A stretch of DNA of 64,000 nucleotides from Eledone cirrhosa (taxonomy: Eukaryota): NCBI GenBank assembly GCA_964016885.1, contig OZ024747.1:27528001-27592000 (forward strand), read 5' to 3'. The notes beneath the pieces were generated by a model. It had not been told where the DNA came from and ran no database searches. It saw only the letters and a list, made by a program, of their open reading frames with translations. Positions within the stretch are counted from its first letter, which is position 1; each line of letters begins with the position of its first letter. Shown piece after piece: positions 48,655 through 63,965 of the stretch. The translations under genes were made by a program, and so were the position numbers.

Positions 48655-50878
48655 TTAAGCCATAAAAGTGTTGACACCATTCTGTTTTTTTTAATGAAAT
48701 TGTTAATTTTGCTGCAATTTCTAACAAAAGAAGGATAGACTACTTTTATCTATTGCACCAGAGTTTTTCCCCATTCAACAATCATACCACATTTTCACAT
48801 TCGTTCAACTTGCTGGCTCCATTATGTCAGTTGCAGTGGCTATAGGAACAAACTCCAGCGGTCCTGAGAAGGTCTCTGGCACTGTCCTTCCACCTCCTGA
48901 ATAAATATTCTTCTTCACCCACTTATTCTTGGGAATTTAGTTAACAGAAATTTCAGGAGCCCATATATGTATGTATGTTATGTCAGGTCACTCTAGAGTG
49001 CTACTGGTAACATGTAACCCAGTACAACCTGTCTCATGGTCAAGTCATCGGCAACTAAACTGGCAACCCCACCAAGGTAGCTTGGTGAGGAGGGTGATAT
49101 TTGGACACCCTGCGGGATGAAATACAAGACCCGGAAAAGGGCGGAGGAACTCAGCAGAGTCAACAGCCATCCAAATAGCACTTTTTTTATCCCTCACCTG
49201 GGAGTGAAAGACCCCCAGTTCTTGTCACATCTCCTTTCTAAGAAAGGGAAACATCGAAAAAAAAACCTGCAGCTTCAGAAACATCCGATGATGTTGACCA
49301 GTTCTCCTTTTCGGGTAGTGTTTTCGATGCTCAGAGAGCTTCAAAGCACAGGCATTGTTTGTTCAGGTTATGTTACAGGTTCGTGTGGCTGGCAGTAGCC
49401 TAAAAGTGCACCATTTTTTGTAATCTGACAAGCGATTGCAATACTCTCAGCAGAGTTTGCAGCCATCATGTATGTAGGTATTCATTAAGACATCTCTCTA
49501 GGATGAGGTCACTCTGAAATAAAACATACAACTTTGTTTGCATCCAATGATGTAAACCAGTTCTAAGACATTTTTTGCAATGCATGGTATTGCTGGCCAG
49601 AGGCAAGTTCTTAGCAGAACTAAAACGCCACATCCATGATGCTCATGCATGAATGTATGTATATATGTATGTGTGTGTGTCTATGTCTGTGTTTACATTT
49701 GTGTGTGTCTGTATGTATGTCTAGTAACTTAGTGCCTTCATAAAATGAGATCGATAAAACAAGTTCCAAGTTTAAAATTAAATACTGGGGTCGATAAGAT
49801 GAATTAAAATTCCCTTACTGTGATGCTCCAGCATGACTGCTGTCTAATGAATGAAACCAGTAAAAGACTAAAATATAAAGAAGGAAGAGAGGAATAGAGA
49901 GAAATGTTTGAAATTTAGCAAAACATTATTATACAGTCTTGATAATGATCATTCTAGAGAGAGAAATCATATTTAGTGAAAACCAACAGGTGCATGTGTT
50001 TTTATTGGCAGCATGACCCTCACTAAGTATAACAATATTTGCTTCAACACACGTTTTTAGATAAGAAATCTTGCAAAACAAATTCGAAAATGCAATTATA
50101 TATATAGTTATAATTATATATAATTTTCAATTGAGTTACAGCTATTGTTATAATTCAGGAGAGTAAAATAACCAAATACTGGGGCTTGACCAATCACTTC
50201 CTTTTCATGGAACAAACTGCCTGCGTCAATTGTTAGCTGCCGAGACACTGCATCCTTTAAGACACTCATGCTTCCCGAAATACGCCAAAACTACACCTGA
50301 TGTACCCCTTCCATGCACATGCACACGTGTGTATCATGACTCGTGCACTGTTCATTTTACTGATGTTTGTGCATTGCCCTATGTACTGTACATGCACTTT
50401 TTTGATGAGTTGTGGTGCACCTGGGCACTTTACACAATATTTCATTATTGTTATTGTTATTATATCATGACTCGTACACTGTTCATTTTCCTGACATTTG
50501 TACATTATTCTATGTACTATACATGCACCTTTGATGAGTTGTAGTGCACCTGAGCACTGTACACAATAATTTCATTATTATTATTATTATTATTATACCA
50601 GTCGCTGTCGAAACGTCACATTTCCTCGATCACTGAACTGCTGTTTTCTTCTGTAAATTCATTAAAACTGCAACCCACCAGAGGAAGGAGCCACTTGAGG
50701 TAGGGTTACTACAGCAAGTGTCGTAGGCTATTCTCTGCCACAATGCCTTCACCATTTTGTCGGGGAAGAATATGTTGATACTGAGAGCTCAAAGGAACTT
50801 AAAAATAAAAACTGCCACCAAATTAATAATAATAATTAAATTATTGTGTACAGTGCTCAGGTGCACTACAACACTAAA

Positions 50879-51194
50879 GCACAACCCACCTGATATTGTC
50901 ACTTGAAACCACACGTTAAAAGGATTCTCTGTTATAGAAGTAAGCTGCCCACTTGATGCCTATGTAGTAAGAAAAATTCAAGAAAAATTACAGATCCAGT
51001 ATCCAAGATACACATTGAGCTTCATACCCATCATTATTGGAGCTACAGTTTATATACCAACCCACTTGGACCAAAGTATAACTGAGCTTGGATTTGTAGA
51101 GAAAGAACATCACTCCTTAATTCATAAGCTATAAATGGCCCTGTTATCTGAAACCGTCAACATTTGTAAAACGTCCTTACAATTCAAAAGATGA
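50879..51194 (+). mobile_element. R4/Dong-like non-LTR remnant (restriction-like endonuclease)
   Basis: HNPPDIV*..VIEVSCPLDAYVVRKIQEK...FIPIIIGAT, with in-frame stops. Confidence 0.7.
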
Positions 51195-51277
51195 TGACAA
51201 TTTCCTTTCTTTACAACCTTGCCACCAGGAAGGTAGCCAGCCAAAAATCTATTCAAAATTAAGAGAAAGAGAGTACA

Positions 51278-51328
<51 letters not shown>

Positions 51329-52036
51329 ATATTCACACACACATTCACATAACATATATTATCATCCTCATCATCATTTTACGTTTTACATTTCATAATG
51401 ACATATGTTGGCTGGTTTGTTATGGTTTAAGATCAGACTGGTTGGTGAACCACATTTTACTCATACATTTCTTACTTGACATGGTGTCAACACTTAGATG
51501 TCCATATATGGCATTGTGTCTCGCTACACCTTGATGTTTTTCTGAATGACAACTCCTTTGCATGGATACTGAGTACATTTCATTATAGCAATCCAAAGGT
51601 GTTGGGATCAATCCTACTGTATGGCATCTTGGGCGAGTATAATTTAACATAGTCTTCGATTAACTGAAGCCTTATGAGGGAAATTGAGTTGGTGGAAACA
51701 GTGTGGAAGCCCATTGGATACATTGTATCTGTAATTCAAAGGTCCAATGTTGTCATATTGTGTTGCACTGATTCAGCTTGTGAAATACATTACATATGTT
51801 CGCAGCATACTCAGCCACTTCTACTATGATACAATATTGACTTTACCAATAATTTAATGATCACATTGTGTCACATTGATTCATCATCATGATCGTTTAA
51901 CATCCATTTTCCACACTAGCATGGGTTAGACAGGTTTGTCCTATTAGAGGCAAGTTGTGTCAGGTAACTGTGTCTTGCTCATATAGGACTGTCTCTGGCT
52001 AGATTTCTATGGCTGGATGCCCTTCCTAACACCAAC

Positions 52037-52196
52037 CACATTTACAGTGTGTGATGGGTACTTTTTATCATGACACCTACACGACCACTTTACAGTGTGC
52101 GCTGGATGCTTTTTGTCGTGACACCTACACAACCACTTTACAGTGTGGGCTGGGTGCTTTTTGTCATGACACCTACACAACCACTTTACAGTGTGG
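52037..52196. repeat. 48-bp tandem repeat, about 3 copies, within a dispersed SINE-like family
   Basis: Unit CCACTTTACAGTGTGGGCTGGGTGCTTTTTGTCATGACACCTACACAA. Family marker GTGTTAGGAAGGGCATCCAGC also occurs near 16140 and 39130. Confidence 0.8.
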
Positions 52197-52399
52197 TCTC
52201 TGCCTGAAAATTACATTCAAGATACAAATATCAGTGGAATATTCAATCACTTACACATTAATTCACTAGGTAGTCGTTCACTTGATCAAACGACTTAATA
52301 TTTATTGTCAAAACTGACGGAAACCCACCATCATTATGTAAATTGCAGCTATGTAAAAGTAAAACAATGAAAAACACATTTTAAAAGAAAGTAGTACAG

Positions 52400-52720
52400 A
52401 ACTACAGAGGAAAATACTGACATTTGGAAAAATTGTGGGCATCTATTACACAGCATCTCTTTAATCAACAAAAGCAACCAGGCAACTTATGAGCAAATAT
52501 GAAGATCCACTGACCACTGTAAAGAACAATGAGGCAATATGTGAGCAAATATGAAGACCTGCTAGCTGCTGTGAAGAAAAGAAAAATGTTATGGTACAGG
52601 ATCTTATGGGTTGACCTTGACCATCCTCCAAGGAACAATTCAGGGAAAAAAGAAGACAAGGACGTCACAAATAAAAAAAAAAATGGATGTACACAGCTCC
52701 ACACTGTAGCGCCTTCGTGG
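52400..52720 (+). mobile_element. Decayed RTE-type LINE 3' end
   Basis: EDLLAAVKKRKMLWY and TILQGTIQG..RRQGR in shifted frames. Confidence 0.55.
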
Positions 52721-52997
52721 TCCTGGAGAATCACAGGAAAAGCAAAGTGAAGTGAAGAATAGTTGAACAAAAGATCTTTACAAATATTGAATTAGAAATA
52801 AATAACATTAATAAAAAAAAAAATGAAAATGTAAACTTGGGACCATTTTTGTGTTGGTAAAGCTGAAATTTCAAGGGAAGTAATAAAAATTAAAATATCT
52901 TTAATTGCAGAGTTATTTCCCTTAGTTATAACACTATGGACGAAAATAAATTTCCAAAATGAGTTTTTTTGTTGCTTTTTTAGGATATTATTTTTAT

Positions 52998-53686
52998 AAT
53001 AATAATAATGAAATTATTGTGTACAGTGTTCAGGTGCACTACAACTCATCAAAGGTGCATGTATAGTACATAGAATAATTTACAAATGTCAGGAAAATGA
53101 ACAGTGTACGAGTCATGAAATACATGTATAGTGAAATACATGAAATACAGGTATAGTGTTGGCGAATCTCAGGAAGCATGGAGGTTTTAAAGGATGCAGT
53201 GTCTCGAGAGCTAATAACTGATGCAGGTAGTTTGTTCCATGCTTCAGCAACTCGGAGTGTGAAAAAATGTTTCCGAAAGTCATGGGAGCTGTGCTGTTTT
53301 CTGACTCTGTTGGCATGCCCACGTGTGTTAGACACATGGAAATCAAAAAGGTACTCAGGGTTGTTGTTGGCAAGATGGTTAATAATTTTGTAGGTGTTTA
53401 CCAAGTCAGTTGCCAGACGTCGGAGCTTCAATGTATCCATACCCAGAGAAGCACAGCATTCAGAGTATGTTAGATGCCTGATGGAGGGTATTCGCTTGGT
53501 TGCACATCTCTGAACAGTTTCCAGGAAATCAATGTTCTGAGCAAGATAGGGGTTCCAGACTGGTGATCCAAATTCTAAGTGTGGCCACATGATAGCTATA
53601 TACAGCTTTAAATAGATAGCTGGAGAGCGGCTGACAAAGGTCTTGTTGAGTGATGCTAAGACACCCTCGGCCTTCTTGACAATTTT
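52998..53686 (-). mobile_element. CR1/L2-group LINE 3' end with (ATT)n tail
   Basis: PHLEFGSPVWNPY, LETVQRCATKRIP and HFFTLRVAEAWNKLP. The same 3' UTR occurs at 50210-50595 (+) and as short pieces near 35190, 50840 and 55550. Confidence 0.85.
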
Positions 53687-54269
53687 ATTTTTTGAAAGTG
53701 TTTTCTGAATACTAGATCAGTTTTCATTGAAATATCAAAATAAGTTCACAAAAAAATCAAACAAATATCTTTAAAATTCTATTTGAAGCGATTTTAGAAC
53801 AAGTGTATAATTTCGGTAGAATTAAATATAGACCCAAACAAACAAGAAAGCTAAACTTTACAATATCACAAATGGGCAGAAGAAATAGATGAAAATGAAA
53901 TAGAACCTTTTATTTTGTATTTTTAGAAAACCGTTGCTCCAACACTATCTAACAAAAGCAACCTACCCTATAAAATCATTATGATAAACTCCATAGTGAA
54001 CTTTCAGATAAATTCCATCACATAAATAGCAATGATCCTATTATATTTTCTTCTTTTCAGGCAGCTTTTTCGGAATTCTACCTTTTAAGCAGGGGCATTT
54101 ACATTAAGAAGACATTAGGATGACATAAGATGAAAACATAGTGTGTGTATGTCGGTGTGAGGGTTCTGTGAGTAAACAGGTTTAACAATAATAAAAAGTA
54201 ACAATAAAAACTTTTAACAATGGTAATTCCTCAATAGGGAGGAGACTTTCAGGGACTGTTCATGGGAAA

Positions 54270-54900
54270 AAACCCCATAAAACCACGTGTGCCTTGATCT
54301 CTAGCGCAAATGACCTGTCCCAGGTGTCCTCCTCTAATCTACAGGTATACACTCAGAGAGGATCCATTCACTCGGGCCCATGCTTGCCTCTCTCATTGAC
54401 CTTTCAAAAAACTGGCTGGAAGGCAGCACTTCCCTCTTCAAGTAAAACCTGAAAAAGTTAATCAGGCCTTCGCCAAAGAGGAAAAGGCTTGTCTTCAATC
54501 CTTTCAAATGTATCTACCACATGACCTCTTTGCCCATCAGACAGATAAAGACTGCCTGTCCTTCCTGGCTAAAGGAAGGTGGTGGGGCGATCTTCACAAT
54601 GGACTCAGCTGATAGCTGGATTCATCCCACATGTGACAGCAGGTATTCAACATAAACCCACAAGTCAGCAATGCTCGGACACTGGATGAGTGCATACAGG
54701 ACAGTTTCATCGCCCCGCATGTATTTCAGACAGGCCTGGCTGATGGCACTTCAATGCCTGTAGAGATTATATTGAACTGGCAAAGCTCCTTGGTAGCACT
54801 GCCAGGCCAGTGATTCCTGGAAGTTATCCCATGGGCCCTAGATTAAAAGTCCTTGGCAAAAGAGTGGCTAGCTGATTTTCATTGATGCCCATAGTTTCTA
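54270..54900 (-). mobile_element. Tx1/L1-clade LINE C-terminal fragment
   Basis: Minus strand gives C..RGDETVLYALIQCP, a degenerate zinc knuckle. Confidence 0.55.
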
Positions 54901-57744
54901 AATAAATAAATCAATCAATTAATTAAAAATAATAATTTTTCCTATTCAGGAACTTTTTCATTTTTGTAGCAATTTCTAGTAAGTAGAGGCTCCCTTGCTA
55001 GCACGTGTGAAATAGCAGCAAGGAGGGCTGGGCTATGATGTGAGGGAGATTTAGCTGATATTTCTAATGTATTGAGAGACCATATAGAAGACCCTTGTTA
55101 GTTTATGGGAAGTAGGAGAGAGTGGGATGAGTGCAAAGATTAATCGGTAAAAGAAGAAAAAAAACCCGTTATTTTGATAATTATTTTGGCTGAAAGATAA
55201 TTTCATCTTTAAAATAACAGAAGGATTTAATTAAACTCTTCTGCTATTTCCCCCTACATGGTTTCTAAACATACTAGAAATGGCAGCCAAATTTATGTCA
55301 CATAATACCCCAACCTTTTTCTTTTTTCAGCTATTTTCCTCAGCATATACCTCGTGTCATACTAGAAACAGCCAAAAATTAAAAAAATCCGTAAAGAGTA
55401 GAGTGGGTTAAAACGTTTTCCTTTTTAAATTTTATTTGCAGAATCTTCCTGCTCAAAATGCATGTGAAATTCAAAAATAAAAAGTAAAAATATCCGATAT
55501 ATATATATATATAAAAGGTATAGCCATTTGGAAGTGTAAATCCTTGTGTACAGTGCTCATGTGCACTAGAACTCATAAAAGGTGCATGTATAGTACATAG
55601 ATTAATGTCAGGAAAGTGAACAGTATAAGAGTCATGATATATACACACAGATACATGCTTATTCCGAAACTTCGTTTACCTCAGGACTCTAAACCCCTAC
55701 CATGTTTGTATTTACTATGCATAGCGCACGAGAATAGTGTTAAGAGTACATGTATCTAAAATATTTAGCCACTTACATATTGTTTCATGAGTTGAACATT
55801 CATTGTCAAAACTATGCTTATTATCAAGACAATCTTACCTCATCCTGTATTTTGATAGATATCGGTTTCTGATAGAAATCCACCACTTCGAATTTGAAGG
55901 GGAGATGAAAGAAAAAGAATACTGAACAATAAAAAGTAAAAATTAATCCTCAAACCTAGATTAATCAGAATTAGTTTCATTGCAAACAATTTCACCACAA
56001 AAAAAAAAATGTAAATTAAATATTAGAGTTATTTCCCTCACATTACAACTCTACATATCACATCTCGCACACACACACACAAGGAAATTCAAGTGTCCTT
56101 CCACCCATAATTAAAAGTTCAACATCGTAACAACTTTAAACATATTTAATCCAGGAATAATTATATTTCTGGATTACAAAAGGCCACGAGTTACTAGAAA
56201 ATCAGTGTTGTACCTGTATGAAAAACAAATATAAAAAAAAAAATAAGACTCGAGTCAAATTTGAACTGGAAATGTGTAGCTTTATTGAATTATATTTCAT
56301 CTGTCGGCAGTGACTGGTGTGAATCCACAGAAGTAAGAGTTACTAGTTTGCATACACACTTTGAACTCTCATCAATTTCATCAGGTTTAATTAAAGTTTT
56401 TGTTACATTTTTTTATTTCAACAATTCAAGAAAAATTCAGTTGAGTTTGGACAGGATTCAATTTTAATTTTCTAAATTTTTCAAAATTTATTTTTGTTTT
56501 TCAATTTCTTTTACTCTTTAAAACAAGCGGTAATTCAATTTTATTTATTTTAGAAAGTGGTTGGCCCCTATTATTGTTGTTTGCCACTGATGTCTATTTT
56601 TTTTACTATTTTAAATATTTTAATTTTTTTACTTTGAAAGTTTACAGCTTGCCAAGTGGTGTTAAAGGACAATTTAGACACCTTCTTCACAGAATTATAT
56701 TTTGTCTGATATATATTTACACAAAAGATAAAAATCTGGAGTAACTTTAATAAAAAATACAAACACATGAATGAATTTGAAAAACAGACAAAATAACCAG
56801 CCAGTTAGTTGTGTGGTCTGAAGGAATTATTATTATTATTATTACATCACAAAAGTAGGCTGAGTGACAATCATTTTTACACAGAAGCAAACACATTATA
56901 TTATATTATATGAAAATGAATAGCAGGTTTCTTGAATATTTTAATGTTAGCAGACCCCAGCATATCATGTATATATATATATATATATATATATACAGGT
57001 TGCTTACAATTATTTAGGCTTAGCTGTCTTTTTACAAGATTGCATCTCATAGGAGGTTGCTTAATGATAGTATTATGATATGCCTGTAGCCCCTATGTAG
57101 AATGAAGCATGTTGCCAAGAACACAACACACCAACACCCAATCCAGCAATAACACCCACAAGCTTATGATCATGTGTCCAAAAAACTAAACACTAGGCCA
57201 CAGGCCTTTAAATTATTCTACAGGAAATTTTAAACAATAATATCTTTGGATGCATATATTAAACGTATTAAACATGATAGAAAAACTTTACATGTAGGTA
57301 TGTATTTATATATATTATGGTTTGGGAGCTGCCAATATGTATCAGTTGACTTTCATAGTTTATAATTAGGTAAATAACTATTCCATTCTTCAATTAATTT
57401 AGTAATCACATAGGGGTTTAATTATTAGATTTCGTAATACATTCTTGATCCATAGTAACTACTTTTAGTTCTGATTTTGTTCTATTTAATCCATCCTGTA
57501 ATTTTGTAGAAAAAAAAAGTATAAGAAAGGATACACACACACAAACACGAATGACAACAGCGCCATCATTGTTCGCACACCAAACTATGAACTAATTAAG
57601 AACCTATCATCAATTTTTGTTTATTTTCCTTGTTCAATACACACACACATTAATGTATGTGTATATATATATATATGTAAATACATTAAATGTTTCCTGA
57701 CAAACAGATCCCAGCATATTGTGGTCGAAGGAATACAGTCAAGC

Positions 57745-58735
57745 TCAGACAAAAGTCAGTAATGGAATCCCACTTCTTTTTATTTATCATAAATGACATT
57801 GTAGACGTCATCAAGCACAGTAACATAAGTATTTTCACAGATGATTCCAAGCTCCAGGTCATCAATGGAGTGGGAGACTGGGACTGGACATGCCATCAAT
57901 TTAATCTGCACACAGTTATTCAATGGGTGACAAAAAACAATATGCTACTAAATTAAGATAAATTTGAATTAATCCACTTTCAAAAAAGGATGCATTGAAG
58001 TTACCATACTCTCTTCCTTCAGGTGAAACCCTCGTGGCATCAAACATCAGAGACCTTGGAATAATTGTTAACAACAACTTAAGCTGGTGTACTCACATAA
58101 ACAACAAAGTTGACTTGGCCCACATGTGTTCATAGATTCTTAGAACTTTCGGTCTAGAAAAATTAACACCATCATCCTACTCTACTCTATATTTGTCCAG
58201 CCCCACCTCGAATACTGATATCCACTGTGGTTTACTCACACGAATCAAAGTATTCTGAAAATAGAAGCACCCCAGAGGTCAATTACAAAAAAAAAAAAAA
58301 ATAAAAAAAAAGATGGTATGACAAATCTTGAGGTTGACTAGAAAAACTCAAACTTTACTCTCTCCAAAGTTGCTGTGAGCGTTACATCAACTGGATGATG
58401 AGGAAAATATTCCATAAATATTGCCGAAATGATGTTGGCATCACCTTTAAAATCCACCCAAAGCCTGGTCCCTCATACTGTCTGCCTGCCCACTACAAAA
58501 ATTTAACTCAATTATCAGAGCAGCAATATGATACAACTACTTCCCCACAACTGGTCCCACTCTCTTTAATGTCATACCAAAACACATTAAGACAGAAATA
58601 GATCCCATAAAATTCAAAAGTTCCCTGGGCAAATTCCTCCAAAAAAAAATCACTGACAAACCCCCTAAACCCAGATATGTCTTCAATAACAACAACTCTT
58701 TACTAGAGTGGGCCACACTCTCCAAACATGACTAG
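57745..58735 (+). mobile_element. Decayed CR1/L2-group LINE RT and C-terminus
   Basis: FLFIINDI, SIFTDDSKL, IRDLGII, PHLEY and KLKLYSL, with frameshifts. Confidence 0.75.
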
Positions 58736-61700
58736 CTTGTGAACCCATAATATAAAAGATTTCACCAGTTGGTGCTATCAAAGTTAAGTTTATACACATA
58801 TATAGATATAGAAATATACATACATATATATAGACATAATGGCTCCATAGTTAGAGCAGTGGGCTCAAAATTATGAGGCCACGAGTTTGATTTGGGAACT
58901 ATTGTTTGTTTAGAAAGAGGAGTGTGTCATAGTTAATGCTAGAATCAAAATTAGGTTATATATATATATATAAACACACACACATATATATATATATATA
59001 CACACACACATATGTATATATATATACACACACACATATGTATACATATACATACACCCATTTATCTATATATACACATGTATATATATATATATATATA
59101 TACTTATATATACATACACACATATTCATATATATATATATATATATATACATGTCTGTACATATGTATATATATACACATACATACATATATATAAATT
59201 GTAACTATTAAGGCTAGTTACTACAATGGTGCCATACCAGGAACATACATTTTGTTGTACCAGAGCCAACTTGTTCAACCCTTACCAATGGAAATGAACC
59301 AATTCCTGTTATGGGACTGTTGTAGTAACTAGCCTTAATAATTATATTAAAACTCACCCTACAGACTTGAGTTGCTCTATAACTTGGACATCTTTACCAA
59401 AATTTTACCACTATATATATATCTATATATATATATTGACTGATAAGTTGGAACTGTATGTTTTGTTTGTTTTTGTTGTCTTTGCCATTATGATTTTTAT
59501 TAATTTTTGTATGATTTTAGCCACGTAGGATTCCGTTTTCAAATTATTATGTTTTATCTTATGCCCTCCATGTTCTTTTGTCCTTTCTCACTTAGACACA
59601 ACAAGCAGAGAGTGTATCTTTTTAAGACTTAATGTCCAAACAAACGTAACATATTTTATTGATGTTTGCATATTCTCTATATCTTCCCCCTTCTCCTTGA
59701 CTAATCAATATGTTGGGCTTCATCTATATCTCTTATCAGTTGCAGCACATTGCTATGTAGCATATTTTCTATTTGTAAATATTTGAAAGCCTAATCATTT
59801 GTCTTTTGTTACTGTCTCTTGTGCACTTGAGCCAGTTCTATTGATCTTAAAGCAACAAAACTACTTATCTCTAGCAATTGACTGATAAGTTGGGACTGTA
59901 TGTGTTTTGTTCGTTTTTCAATCATCTTCACCCATATGATTTTTATTCATTTATATAAACAGACACATACACATTATATATATAATTTCGATCATAATTT
60001 TAGATAAGAACCTTTATGTTTTAAACATCAGCTTGATAATTAGACAGTTATATTATGAGCTCCCTTCAAAATCTTGATCATTTTCTATGATATATATATA
60101 TATATCACAAAAAATTGTGAGGATGCAATTGTTGAGTGGGTTTTAATATTAACATAGTAGTTGTAGGAGTAAGTGATGGTGGCAGTGAGAGTATATTGAG
60201 ATGGAGTGATCCAGAATTACCCTTTTCAAGATTGCAGATAGCTCATGTCATTAATCAAGGACTGGGGTGAATATGATTGACTTTCCCCATCCCCCAAAAT
60301 GACTGGCCATATTCCTCAACTAGGAATTAGTCTTAGAGGAATCATTAGAGCTTTGGACAAAATGTTTTGTCACCTTTAGTTATGTCCCTTTATGTTGAGT
60401 TCAAATCTCACTGAGGTTAGCTTTGCCATTCATAAAGAATTTATTATTACAAATTAATAAAATAAAAATGGATATAACAGCATTTGTATATGTGTGTCTT
60501 TAACACTTTTGATACCAAACCATCCAAAACTGCTCCTTGTTCTATATTGTACTAAGCTGTTTATTTTAAAGTGTTTATATTTATCTAAAAAATTTCTGTC
60601 ATAATTTTATGTAAGAACCTTTGTTTTTAGACAGTTTATATTATGAACTCCTTCAAAATCTTGATCATTTCATAGGCAATTTCTTTTATTAGAAATATAA
60701 TAAATTATTTATATTTATTTGAAAACCTTCCATCATAATTATATGTAAGAACCATTGAAAAAGTTATGTTGAGTTATGTCCCTTTACATACTGACTTTAA
60801 AAAAATGTTTTTATCAATTCTGATGTTGATTAAATAAGTACTAGAAATCAATTAAATCAAACATGTATCTCTTAAAATCATTAAATCACAATCATCTCTT
60901 AATATATTAAACTACGATATAACTGATATTGTATTAACCCTTTTGATACCAACCTGGCTAAGACCGGTTTGGTTCTCTGAAACAAAACCATGCATTTAAA
61001 CTGAAATCTTCCAACATGGAAGGGTTAAACCACAACTGCAGTATATTTCTGATAGCCACAACCATGGTGTATTGTATATATTAATTCATAATCAATCACA
61101 ACTGTGATGTGTCTGATATCATATTGAGCCACAACCATTAAGTATCTCCTGATAATATATTAAACCACAACCATGCTATATCTTTGATATATTAAGTCAC
61201 AACCATCTCTCTTGATATATTAAACCACAACCATATGTAAACCATATATATATATATATATATAATCATTGATTCCTTATAAATAGAAACTCTACCATAT
61301 ACACACAGACATACATATATTAAAGAAACATGGACTCTGCAAGCTGCATTGCAGACAACCTGTCTAGAAAGAACAGTAACTGATTAAAAACTAGTGCTGA
61401 GTAGCAAGAACTGTTCAGTTGAGCCACAGACAACTTCTCTATTGTCTATAAGATACAGCCAGACACCAGGGGTTGATTAAGTTTGCAGAGCCTTTGCACC
61501 ATATTATTAATGGTAGCAAAATCATTAATTTGAGGCCTTTTAAATTTTGTGGGGACCCTGGCTACAGTTCAGCCAGCCCTTTCCTCCAGACACGCTGCAA
61601 TGAGGTTGGATGATCCAGTCATTAAAAGAAAAAAAATACATATATAAAAACATGACATAAACCCCAGTAAAGTTGGGGCTAATTTTCTCTGTTGCTGTGT

Positions 61701-63411
61701 GTGATAAATAATGAAGGACTGTGACTGGTGGTGAGATGCTGAGAGACAAACCCATCTAACCCATGGCTGCATTGAAACAAAATGGATACAAATATGATGA
61801 TGATGATGATATTGATGATATTGATTAATATTCAATCATTTCTAACAATGGTTCCCAACCCAAGGGATCTGTAGAGGTAATACTGTAACTCACTGGGATA
61901 TCTTCATATGTCTTCTCCCAGTAAACAACATCCATAAATATGATGTGTTCAGACAATTGGATTCTTTTTTCTTGCATAGATAACACACAAACAGGGAGCT
62001 ATTAAACTATTTTATAACATATGGATAACACACTGACAAGGAACTATTAAAAACCATTATATAATAATGATATTACACAGGAGAGAATATTTCTTTTCAT
62101 CATAAATTATATATAGTCTATGATATTGATATAAATGTTGTTTTCTTTTTGTTGCTGTTATAATTTTCAAACTAAAACTGAAGAAATTGAAAAGGAACAT
62201 AAAATTGTGAAGTAATGGCTGTCCTTTTATCATCATCATTACTAACTACCATCACCATCATCATCATTACCATAACTAATATGACCATCACCAGACTAAT
62301 GCCTTCCTTTGTTTCTTTTATTACTCAACTACTGACTATTCAACTGTGAAGTTATAAGTAATGGGACCTGTTTATCAGCCAAGCAGACTGAGGTAAGATG
62401 AATTGTGTGACTCAACGCCTGTAGTACTAAGATTTATATAGATGATCCAGAAGTCACTTCTCCATGATTCAGTGGTCATCATCAATGACCATTAGGTCAG
62501 TAATCTATACAATTCTGTTGTAAATATTTGGGTCAGTTCTCTGGCTTGAGGATATTTTCATATGAATCTCTTGAAGACCCTGAAAAATGAGGATTGTGGC
62601 CACTGATTAAGCAGTAAAATGGAGAAAGCTAGTGAATGTGAGTATGTGAAGGTGTGTGAGAAAGGGAAAGAGTGAATATATGTGCATATGAGTGAAAGTA
62701 TATATGTGTGTGCGTGTATGTGTGTGTGTTTGTGTAGGTGAATGTGTGAGTGAGAGTGAGTTAATATTCAAATACACCAAATATATTAACAAAAATATTT
62801 CAAAAAATGGTTTATATATATATAAAAAAAAGAAAAGAAGAGAGAGAATGATAGAAAATCCACCATTAAAGAACATCACAATTGTCACTGTTGAAATGGC
62901 AAGGTACCTGTCTGTCTGTCTGTAAAGCAGTGATTCTCAAATGGTAATGGGAGAGGTTGGGGGTCATCTGATTGTTGGACGTTGGTTGATTCCAATGACA
63001 ATTACTCCAGTTGTTTGATTAATGGAACAGCCCGCTCGTGAAATTAACATGCATATGACTAAGCATTCACAGACACGTGTATCCTTCAATATAGTTTTAA
63101 ATGAGATTCAATGTGGCACTGTGGGTAACAAGGCTGGCTCTTAGAATTACAGGTACAACTCATTTTTTTTTCCAGCAGAGTGGACTGGATCAATGTGAAA
63201 TAAAGAGTCTTGCTCAATGACAACATGCCACCCGGTCTGGGAATCAAACTCACAGCCTTACAATTGTGAACTGAACACCATAACCACTAAGCCATATGCC
63301 TTCATGGAGGAATTTTAGCCAATGGGAGGGATCCAAAGTGGGAAAGAATAGTGTACTTTGTGTATATATTAATGAAATAATAATGTACTTAACTATAGTG
63401 CATATTGTATG

Positions 63412-63889
63412 TATGGTCGGGTCGTCGGCGACTAAACCGGCAACCCCACCAAGTTTACTTGGTGAGGAGGGTGATTTGGGACACCCTGAAGGACAAAAAA
63501 CAAAACCTGACAAAGGGCGAAAGAACTCATAAGAGTCAACGGCCATCCAAAAGTGTGTAAATATGTATATACTCATGTACCGCGTGGTTAAACCACTGGG
63601 AGTGAAGGACCCCTAGCCTTTGTCAGGGCATTCTTCTAGGAGAAGGCAACTCAGGAAACTGGGATAACTCCGATATAAAACCTGCGGCTCAGTAATTACC
63701 AATGATGTTGATCTTTTCTTCTTTTTGGGTTATAGCTACTGTCGCTCAGAGTGGGATTGGCTCAGTGCACAGTCTTTCCTCACTTTAAAAAATAACTTCA
63801 CACACAGGCATTGCACGATAGAATTAATTAATAATTATTAATAATGGTATATTGTGCAATGACCATACTCGAAAACGAGGGGGCAGCCA
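63412..63889 (+). mobile_element. RTE-related SINE-like element
   Basis: Near-identical reverse complement of 1281-1860. Confidence 0.7.
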
Positions 63890-63894
63890 GTATG

Positions 63895-63965
<71 letters not shown>

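Noticed and set aside
48750-48930. GC-richer stretch resembling an exon
   Set aside because: No convincing splice pair or recognisable translation; probably a repeat relic.
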